Shown here: positions 57,406 to 64,000 of the stretch, in pieces | Layout of the letters: each line of letters starts with the position of its first letter | Position numbering within the stretch: the stretch's first letter is position 1 | Notes under the pieces: model-generated | What the model was told of the DNA's origin: nothing | The model's input: only the letters and a program-made list of their open reading frames with translations | Database searches by the model: none | Translations under genes and position numbers: made by a program | Source of the DNA: an uncultured Alphaproteobacteria bacterium | Lineage (GTDB): Bacteria > Pseudomonadota > Alphaproteobacteria > Sphingomonadales > Sphingomonadaceae | DNA: 64,000 bases | Reading direction: 5' to 3' | Assembly (NCBI GenBank): GCA_963792555.1 | Contig: CAWBWP010000004.1 | Coordinates: forward strand, 592,578 to 656,577

Positions 57406-58245
57406 TCAGCGGCCGACGGTGGTCCGGACGGCCTCGCGGACCGAGCGCAGGGCGCGGACGGCGGCGGGCGGGCGGTAGCGGCTCTTGGTCAGCTTCGCCA
57501 GCCGGTCGTCGGTGTCCGGCCGCCAGATTTCAGCCGAGCAGCTGACGGCGAGATACATCGCCTTGCGGACGCCGGAGATCGCGGTGACGGGGTTGACGTC
57601 GTGGAACGCCCGGTTCGACTGCAGCGACGCGACCATGAAGTCGCCGCGCGCCGGATAGATCTTGTCGATCACCGGCGTATGGCCGTCGAGCCCGTACAGG
57701 CGGTGCTCGCCGCCGACCATGTCGGGGTTGTCGTCGATGTAGATCAGGATCGACACCAGCCGCGTCAGGTTGTCGACGTGGATGCCGTTGCCGCCGGTCT
57801 TGATCCCGTAGTTCAGCCGGCCGATGCCGATGTCGAGGCGCGGGAACAGGAAGGCGTCGCGGCCGACGTTGCCGACCTTGATCAGGTCGTCGCGGCGCTC
57901 GTACGGCTCCGGACGGATCGGCAGGGTGCGCGGGTCGCGGATCAGGTCGCCGCTGGCGACGAAGCGCGCGATCTCGGAATCGAACACCTCGAGGAAGGTG
58001 GTGACGAAGCCGGCCGAATAGACCCAGTTGTGGAACGCGGCATAGGCCGGTTCCTCGTCGATCAGCTTCATATACTCCGGGTCGGGCCAGGTCAGGTCGC
58101 CGTGCATCCGGATCTGCGGGCCGAAGCGGTCCTCGGCCGGAAAGCCCCGGCGCAGGGCCTCATAGTCGATCAGCGTGCCGGCCGTCGCGACATGCGGGTA
58201 GGGCGTGGTCACGACTTCGTCGGCGGTGATCGTGCGGATGGCCAT
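57406..58245 (-). CDS. hypothetical protein, possibly of the 2OG-Fe(II) oxygenase superfamily
   Basis: MAIRTITADEVVTTPYPHVATAGTLIDYEALRRGFPAEDRF... It contains GNGIHVDN (HxD) ...RAFHDV (distal His), which is suggestive of a double-stranded beta-helix fold. Assigned from memory with low certainty. Confidence 0.4.
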   Translation of the reverse strand: MAIRTITADEVVTTPYPHVATAGTLIDYEALRRGFPAEDRFGPQIRMHGDLTWPDPEYMKLIDEEPAYAAFHNWVYSAGFVTTFLEVFDSEIARFVASGDLIRDPRTLPIRPEPYERRDDLIKVGNVGRDAFLFPRLDIGIGRLNYGIKTGGNGIHVDNLTRLVSILIYIDDNPDMVGGEHRLYGLDGHTPVIDKIYPARGDFMVASLQSNRAFHDVNPVTAISGVRKAMYLAVSCSAEIWRPDTDDRLAKLTKSRYRPPAAVRALRSVREAVRTTVGR

Positions 58246-58405
58246 GGGGTTCCACCTGATGTCTGCGCGCTTGGCCGACGGTCAATAGCTTGGGAACCGC
58301 TGTTTTGCCAGAGGCAATGCCGCCGATTTGCTCCTATCGGCGAACGCCGCGCGCGGCGACATCGCCCTTGGCAGCCGTACGCCGGCGCGGCATGCCCTGG
58401 GGCAC

Positions 58406-59150
58406 ATGACCGCGACCACCACCGCCGATCCGTTCGACCGCGCCGCGCGCCGGCGGCAGCGCGGGCGCGTCCGGCCCGGCCACGACTTTCTCGCGGCCGC
58501 GCTCGCCGGCGACCTGGCGGAGCGGGTCGCGGCGGTGGGCAGCCGGTTCGACCTCGCTGTCGATGTCGGCGGCACCGGCGTCCGCGGCGCCGCCGCGACG
58601 GTCCGGCTCGACGTCGTCGCCGGCATCGGCGTGGCCGTCGTCGCCGATCCCGACCGGCTGCCGCTGGCCGACGCCAGTGTCGACCTGATCGCCGCGTTCG
58701 GCCTCCATGCCGTCGGCGACCTGCCCGGCGCGCTGATCCTCGCCCGGCGGGCGCTGCGCCCCGGCGGCCTGTTCGTCGCGGCCCTGCCGGGCGGGGCGAC
58801 GCTGGCCGAGCTGCGCGCCGATCTCCTCGCCGCCGAAGTCGCGCTGACCGGGCGCGCGGCGGCGCGGGTGCTGCCGATGGTCGATCCCGCCGCCGCGCCG
58901 GCCCTGCTCCAGCGCGCCGGCTTCGCCGATCCCGTCGCCGAGGTCGACACGCTCCGCGTCCGCTACGACGACGTGTGGGGGGTTCTGCGCGACCTCCGCG
59001 GCGCGGGCGAGGGCAATATCCTGCACCGGTCGCGAGCCGCTGCGGCGCGACGTTCTGGCCGAGGCGGAACGGCGCTTTGCCGCGCGGGCGGTGGACGGGC
59101 GGATCGCGGTCACGGTGCAGGTCATCACCCTGAGCGGGCGGGGGCGATAG
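58406..59150 (+). CDS. class I SAM-dependent methyltransferase, with a frameshift near 59040 as read
   Basis: MTATTTADPFDRAARRRQRGRVRPGHDFLAAALAGDLAERVAAVGSRFDLAVDVGGTG (motif I-like VDVGGG) ...ASVDLIAAFGLHAVGDLPGALILARRALRPGGLFVAALPG...VWGVLRDLRGAGEGNILHRSR then, after a shift, PLRRDVLAEAERRFAARAVDGRIAVTVQVITLSGRGR*. Confidence 0.65.
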
Positions 59151-59180
59151 CGCGGGCCGCCCCTGCGCCGTCGTGCCGCC

Positions 59181-59594
59181 TCAGACCAGCGCCGCCAGCA
59201 TCGCGATCAGCGGGCGGTCGGCGGGCGGCATGTCGAGGGCGAACAACGCGTTCGGCCGATGCCAGGCGATCGCCTGGCCGTCGCGTCCGCGCGGGACCCC
59301 GCGCCATTTGCGGCAGGCGAAGAGCAGCAGGACGAGGTGGAAGTCGGGGTAGGGGTGGCTGGCGAAGGCGGCGGGCGCGAGGCAGCTGGCATGGGTGTCG
59401 ACGCCCAGTTCCTCGGTCAGTTCGCGGACCAGCGCGGCTTCCGGGGTTTCGTTCGCCTCGATCTTGCCGCCGGGAAACTCCCACTGGCCGGCGAGGTGCT
59501 TGCCCGCCGGGCGCTGGGCGACGAGGACGCGGCCGTCGGCATCGATCAGGGCGGCGGCGACGACGGTCAGGATCGGCCGGGCGTCACCGCTCAC
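59181..59594 (-). CDS. mutT: Nudix hydrolase (MutT-like 8-oxo-dGTP diphosphatase)
   Basis: The GTG overlaps the accA stop (GTGA). (V)[64 protein letters not shown] (Nudix box GX5EX7REUXEEXGU). Confidence 0.8.
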   Translation of the reverse strand: MSGDARPILTVVAAALIDADGRVLVAQRPAGKHLAGQWEFPGGKIEANETPEAALVRELTEELGVDTHASCLAPAAFASHPYPDFHLVLLLFACRKWRGVPRGRDGQAIAWHRPNALFALDMPPADRPLIAMLAALV

Positions 59595-60577
59595 GCCCGG
59601 CCCATCGCCAGGAACTTGGCCCGCCGGCCGGACCGCAGCGCCGCCGCCGGCTGCGTCTCGAGCGCGGTCAGCTCGGCGGCGATGGCAGTGCCCAGGCGCT
59701 GGATGGCGGTGGCCGGGTCGCGGTGCGCGCCGCCGCGCGGCTCGTAGATGATGCGGTCGATGACGCCCAGTTTCTTCAGGTCGCTCGCCGTCACCTTCAT
59801 CGCCTCGGCGGCTTCGGCGGCGCGGTTCGGCGGCGCGGCGACGGTCCGGCCGTCGGGCGTCGTGGTCGGCTTGTTGTCGCCGCGCCACAGGATCGAGGCG
59901 CAGCCCTCGGGCGAGATGACGGCGTAGATCGCGTGCTCGAACATGACGATGCGGTTGGCCGTCGCCAGCGCCACCGCTCCGCCCGAGCCGCCCTCGCCGA
60001 CGATCGCGGCGACGACCGGAACGTCGAGCTCCAGGCACGCGGCCGTCGCCCGGGCGATCGCTTCGGCCTGGCCGCGCTCCTCGGCGTCGATCCCGGGGAA
60101 GGCGCCCGGCGTGTCGACCAGCGTCACCACCGGCAGGCCGAAGCGCGCCGCCATCGCCATCAGCCGGACCGCCTTGCGGTACCCCTCGGGCCGGCCCATC
60201 CCGAAATTATGGGCGACGCGGCTGGCGGTGTCGGCCCCTTTCTCGTGCCCGATGACGACGACCGAGCGGCCTTTCAGCCGGCCGACGCCGCCGACGATCG
60301 CCGCGTCCTCGCCGAACGCCCGGTCGCCGGCGAGCGGGGTGAAGTCGTCGATCAGGCCGGCGACATAATCCTTGAAGTGCGGCCGCTCGGCGTGGCGGGC
60401 GACCAGCGTCTTCTGCCACGGCGTCAGGCGGGAATAGATGTCGGCAAGCTGGCGCTCGGCGCGCTCGGCCAGGCGCGCGGCCTCCGCGACCGCTTCGGGC
60501 GAGCCCTCGGCGCGGAGATCGGCGGCGCGCGTCTCGAGTTCGGCGACCGGCTTTTCGAAGTCGAGGAAGGCAACCAT
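59591..60577 (-). CDS. accA: acetyl-CoA carboxylase carboxyltransferase alpha subunit
   Basis: [114 protein letters not shown]...[27 protein letters not shown]. It contains an unusual ~16-aa insertion ([16 protein letters not shown]) next to a 13-nt tandem duplication. Confidence 0.85.
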   Translation of the reverse strand: MVAFLDFEKPVAELETRAADLRAEGSPEAVAEAARLAERAERQLADIYSRLTPWQKTLVARHAERPHFKDYVAGLIDDFTPLAGDRAFGEDAAIVGGVGRLKGRSVVVIGHEKGADTASRVAHNFGMGRPEGYRKAVRLMAMAARFGLPVVTLVDTPGAFPGIDAEERGQAEAIARATAACLELDVPVVAAIVGEGGSGGAVALATANRIVMFEHAIYAVISPEGCASILWRGDNKPTTTPDGRTVAAPPNRAAEAAEAMKVTASDLKKLGVIDRIIYEPRGGAHRDPATAIQRLGTAIAAELTALETQPAAALRSGRRAKFLAMGRA

Positions 60578-60623
60578 CGCCCGCGGCGTTAGCCGGGAAC
60601 CGCCCCCCGCGCAACGCAGGGCC

Positions 60624-61373
60624 TCATTCGGCGGAGGCGGAACCGTCGACGCGCGGCAGCGGTCCGCGCACCGCGACGCCGATCACGCGCTCATAGGCGC
60701 GCTCGGCGCTGCCGTACGACGCGCCGGCGATCTCCTGCAGCACTGCCTGGCTGGTCACCGTCAGCGTCGCGCGCCGCGCGAGCAAGGCGCCCTTGGCCTC
60801 AAGGCTCTGCACGGCGACGGTGACGCCGGCGCGGCGGACGCCGAGCATCAACGCCAGCGCCTCGTGGGTCATGGAGATGTCGCTGCCGTCGAGCCGGTCG
60901 AGGCACATCAGCAGCCAGCGGGCCAGCCGCGCCTCGATCGTCTGCGTCGCATAGGCCAGCGCCGAACTCGTGACTTGCAGCATGAAATTCTGCGCATAGC
61001 CGAGCAGGTGCTGGAGGAGGGTCGGACTGGTCGTCAGCAACTGGCGCAGCATCGCCGCCGGCATTCGCAGCGCCTGCCCGGGAATCTGGATGAAGATATG
61101 CATCGGTTCGGTGTCGACGCCGTGGAGCGTCGCGACCGAAATCATCCCTTCGCGGCCAACGATGCCGACCTCGGCCTGGGCGCCGCCGGGGGTCGTGGCG
61201 ACGACCGAGGCGATGCCCGAAAGCATGAACCACACGTTCTTGATGCGGCTTTCGGGCAGCGCCAGGTCGTCGTGCTTGGCCAGGTCGACCCGCACCAGCG
61301 ACGGTTCCAGAGCGGCAAAATCGGCATCCGACATCGTGCGCAGCAAATGGTTCTGGTTTCTTTCTAAACGCAT
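60624..61373 (-). CDS. Crp/Fnr-family transcriptional regulator
   Basis: [58 protein letters not shown] (cNMP-binding beta-roll) ...[34 protein letters not shown] (C-terminal HTH). Confidence 0.8.
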   Translation of the reverse strand: MRLERNQNHLLRTMSDADFAALEPSLVRVDLAKHDDLALPESRIKNVWFMLSGIASVVATTPGGAQAEVGIVGREGMISVATLHGVDTEPMHIFIQIPGQALRMPAAMLRQLLTTSPTLLQHLLGYAQNFMLQVTSSALAYATQTIEARLARWLLMCLDRLDGSDISMTHEALALMLGVRRAGVTVAVQSLEAKGALLARRATLTVTSQAVLQEIAGASYGSAERAYERVIGVAVRGPLPRVDGSASAE

Positions 61374-61716
61374 TCCGCCGAACCCTGTCCGGGTCGACGG
61401 AGATCCGCCGCAAATGCCCCGTGCAATCGTTGCCTCGTGTTACGGCTGCTTACCGCCCGAAGCGGATAACACCGGAGATTCGACCAGTCGGTGCGGAAGC
61501 GGACTTAGACCTGCCGTGTCGTCCGATATACCGATGCCGTCGACTTGACTGATCGACCGGCGGGGCGACCTTGAGCTGGGACAGCACTTCGAGCCATTAC
61601 TGGCATCGCCCCTGCAGCGAGTCCGAACCCTGCCCAGGGTCAGGTGCGACCGTGCCCGCGCGCGCCGTCCCGTGTTAGCCGCGCTTTTACTTCGGTGACG
61701 CGTGAAATTCCCTGAA

Positions 61717-62415
61717 TTAACGCGTCAAGTCTTGGCAGCGGCGGTAGCTTAGATACCAGACTTCGTGCCCCAGGCGGCGCGCCTTGGCCTCGTAGCGCGT
61801 AGCGGGCCAGTCGCCGGGGCGCTGCTGCCAGTCGCCGGGTGCCGCCGCCGTCCACGCGAAATCCCGCCGCCGCGCCATCTGCATCAGCGTCCAGCGGCAA
61901 TAAACGGGATGATCGGTGCCGATCCTCAGTTCAGCGCCCGGCGCGAGCTTGGCGGCAAGCAGGTCGAGGGGGCCGGGGTTGACGAAACGCCGCTTGGCGT
62001 GGCGCGCCTTGGGCCACGGGTCGGGGTGAAGGAGGAAGGCGCGGGCGAGGCCGCCGTCGGGCAGGCGCTCGAGGACGTCGAGCGCATCGCCCATGTGCAG
62101 GCGGACGTTGGTCAGGCCGCCATCGCGGACGTGGCCGAGCGCGCCGACGACGCCGTTGAGGAAGGGCTCGGCCCCGATCAGCCCGACGCCGGGATTGGCT
62201 GCCGCCTGCGCCGCGAGATGCTCGCCTGCGCCGAAGCCGATCTCCAGCCACAGCGGCCGCGCGGTGCCGAACAGCGTCGGCGCGTCGAGCGGCCCGGCCG
62301 GCACCGCCAGCCGGGGCAGCAGCGCCTCGACAAGGTCGGCCTGGCCGCTCCGCAACTTGTGCCCCTGTCGCCGCCCGTACAGTCGGCGCAGCGTCGTCGG
62401 ATCGGCGTCGGTCAG
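61717..62415 (-). CDS. trmB: tRNA (guanine-N7)-methyltransferase. No canonical start codon as read; the N-terminus reads L(CTG)-TDADPTT
   Basis: ...[38 protein letters not shown]...[34 protein letters not shown]...[13 protein letters not shown]...[19 protein letters not shown]...[16 protein letters not shown]. The CTG at 62413-62415 overlaps the metK TGA (62412-62414). Confidence 0.7.
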   Translation of the reverse strand: MTDADPTTLRRLYGRRQGHKLRSGQADLVEALLPRLAVPAGPLDAPTLFGTARPLWLEIGFGAGEHLAAQAAANPGVGLIGAEPFLNGVVGALGHVRDGGLTNVRLHMGDALDVLERLPDGGLARAFLLHPDPWPKARHAKRRFVNPGPLDLLAAKLAPGAELRIGTDHPVYCRWTLMQMARRRDFAWTAAAPGDWQQRPGDWPATRYEAKARRLGHEVWYLSYRRCQDLTR

Positions 62416-63640
62416 GCGACCGCGGCCTTCAGCGCGTCGACCAGGTCGAGCTTCTCCCAGCCGAAGCCGCCGTCGGCGTCCGGCTTGCGGCCGAAATGGC
62501 CGTAGCGCGCGGTGCGCTGGTAGATCGGCTTGTTGAGGCCGAGATGCTTGCGGATGCCGCGCGGGGTCAGGCGGACGAGCGTCGGCAGGACCGCCTCGAT
62601 CCGCGCCTCGGCCACGGTGCCGGTGCCGTGCGTGTCGACGTAAAGCGACAGCGGCTCCGACACGCCGATGGCATAGCTCAGCTGGATCGTGCACGCGGCG
62701 GGCCAGGCCGGCGGCGACGATGTTCTTGGCCAAGTAGCGGCTGATGTAGGCGGCCGAGCGGTCGACCTTGGTCGGGTCCTTGCCGCTGAACGCGCCGCCG
62801 CCGTGCGGGCTCGCGCCGCCATAGGTGTCGACGATGATCTTGCGCCCCGTCAGCCCGGCGTCGCCGTCGGGGCCGCCGATCTCGAACCGCCCGGTCGGGT
62901 TGACGAAGATGCGCGTGTCCGGCGGTGATGAAGCCCGCCGGCAGGACGCGGTGGAGGACGCTTTCGACATAGTCGCGGAGGACGGCGTACTTGGCGGGAT
63001 CGCCGTCGTTGTCGTGGAAGAAATAGCCGGGCTGGTGCTGGGTCGACACGACGAGCGCCGTCGCCCGCACCGGCCGCTCGTCCTCGTATTCCAGCGTGAC
63101 CTGGCTCTTGGCGTCGGGCTCGAGGAACGGGGCCGCGCCGGAGTGGCGGTCGGCCGCCATCGTCTCCAGAATCTTGTGCGCGTAGTCGAGCGTCGCCGGC
63201 ATGAAGTCGGGCGTCTCGTCGGTCGCATAGCCGAACATGATGCCCTGGTCGCCGGCGCCCTCGTCCTTGTTGCCGCTGGCGTCGACCCCTTGCGCGATGT
63301 CGGCCGACTGCGGGTGGAGGTGGTTTTCGAAGACCAGGTTCTGCCAGTGGAAGCCGGCCTGCTCATAGCCGATGCGGCGGACGGTGGCGCGGACCGCGGC
63401 CTGGATTTCCTCCTGCGCGCCGGGTGCCCAGTTGCCGGCGGTGTCGATCATGCCGCGGCCGCGGACCTCGCCGGCCAGGACGACCCGGTTGGTCGTCGTC
63501 AGCGTCTCGCAGGCGACGCGGGCGAACGGGTCCTTGGCGAGGAACAGGTCGACGACGGCGTCGCTGATCTGGTCGGCGACCTTGTCGGGGTGGCCTTCGG
63601 ACACCGATTCGCTGGTGAAGAGGAACGAGCTGCGCGCCAT
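62412..63640 (-). pseudogene. metK: S-adenosylmethionine synthetase. Two frameshifts as read: near 62930, where an extra CGGC is present, and near 62700
   Basis: [63 protein letters not shown]...[17 protein letters not shown]...HRVLPAGFI, then in another frame [74 protein letters not shown], then a third frame [25 protein letters not shown]...[13 protein letters not shown]...LKAAVA*. Confidence 0.85.
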
Positions 63641-63713
63641 GCGGGACCCTTGTGCGACTGTCGCGGTCGATTACCGGCCGGGGCAGGCGCGCGCAAGCCA
63701 CATAAAGCTTGCC

Positions 63714-64000
63714 TTATATCCGGCGGCGGAGGGCGATGGCGGCGGCGAGCAGCACCGCCCCGAACGCGGCGCTGGTGCCGTGGGCAAAGCGCGCGAACGG
63801 CGTCGGCGGCAGCGGCGGCGGCATCCGCAGCGAAAGCGTGCCGACCTGGTGAAGGCCCAGGCTGGCGACGACGCGGCCATGGGCGTCGATCACCGCGCTG
63901 ATCCCGGTCGGCGTCGCCCGCGCGATCGGCAGCCCCTCCTCGATCGCGCGCAGCCGCGCCTGCGCCAGATGCTCAGGCGGTCCCCAGCTGCCGAACCAGG
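63714..64000 (-). CDS. lnt: apolipoprotein N-acyltransferase, C-terminal ~95 aa only; the 5' part lies beyond the window end
   Basis: Reverse-complement translation ...WFGSWGPPEHLAQARLRAIEEGLPIARATPTGISAVIDAHGRVVASLGLHQVGTLSLRMPPPLPPTPFARFAHGTSAAFGAVLLAAAIALRRRI* matches the Lnt C-terminus (...ATNTGISAVID.G.V...). It sits in the canonical position upstream of metK. Confidence 0.7.
   Translation of the reverse strand, partial: WFGSWGPPEHLAQARLRAIEEGLPIARATPTGISAVIDAHGRVVASLGLHQVGTLSLRMPPPLPPTPFARFAHGTSAAFGAVLLAAAIALRRRI

Noticed and set aside
57026-57478. 150-aa plus-strand ORF upstream of comF, where a methyltransferase is often found in relatives
   Set aside because: Its translation is Arg-, Pro- and Ala-rich low complexity with no family signature. 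The region is better explained as a GC-rich intergenic spacer.
63641-63713. Possible SAM-II riboswitch in the 73-nt metK leader
   Set aside because: The leader has a 6-bp hairpin GCAAGC-uuuaugug-GCUUGC and an AAGCUUU element. However, the AAAGCU-like element is 5' of the GGCUU-like element, which is the wrong order for the SAM-II pseudoknot. I cannot confirm this without a covariance-model scan (Rfam RF00521 and RF01826).
1-64000. CRISPR arrays, rRNA, prophage and integrase
   Set aside because: No array of regularly spaced direct repeats is present; the only tandem repeats are intragenic in the adhesin. No phage-like gene set or integrase is present. The only tRNA is tRNA-Arg at 55001-55077, and it has no adjacent island.

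Overview
This is a high-GC (about 67-68%) chromosomal window from an alphaproteobacterium; the gene content and GC suggest Sphingomonadaceae. Reading 5' to 3', it contains the following.
1. A hexuronate catabolism locus: manD (truncated by the window start), gntR, uxaC, uxuB, kdgK.
2. A PaoABC-type aldehyde oxidoreductase exported by the Tat pathway, in the order FeS, FAD, Moco subunit.
3. A putative copper-acquisition module: DUF2946 protein, TonB-dependent receptor, YcnI/DUF1775 protein.
4. A small accessory island: an Ala-rich lipoprotein, an IS5-family insertion sequence, a roughly 1-kb low-GC spacer and a 1476-aa trimeric autotransporter adhesin (YadA-type anchor) built from long near-identical internal repeats.
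5. A kdp operon with a tandemly duplicated kdpF-like peptide (kdpF'-kdpF-kdpABCDE).
6. A roughly 25-kb stretch carrying four PEP-CTERM sorting-signal proteins, an HTH-TM-TPR regulator, a DUF2076/membrane/flotillin trio, two aldo-keto reductases, a SOUL heme-binding protein and an MFS transporter.
7. The conserved alpha-2-macroglobulin and PBP1C pair.
8. tRNA-Arg(CCT).
9. Housekeeping genes: C-N hydrolase, grxC, comF, a 2OG-oxygenase-like protein, a methyltransferase, mutT, accA, crp, trmB, metK and lnt (truncated by the window end).
No CRISPR array, rRNA or prophage is visible.
The most striking global signal is that at least 35 frameshift indels are packed into a subset of genes (paoC, kdpA/B/C/D, metK, gntR, manD, and others). 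Long stretches, including the repetitive 4.4-kb adhesin gene, read through intact. This is either region-specific sequence error or recent pseudogenisation.
An exosortase (PEP-CTERM) system is implied, and I found a conserved ~22-nt motif upstream of the two PEP-CTERM genes that flank the regulator.
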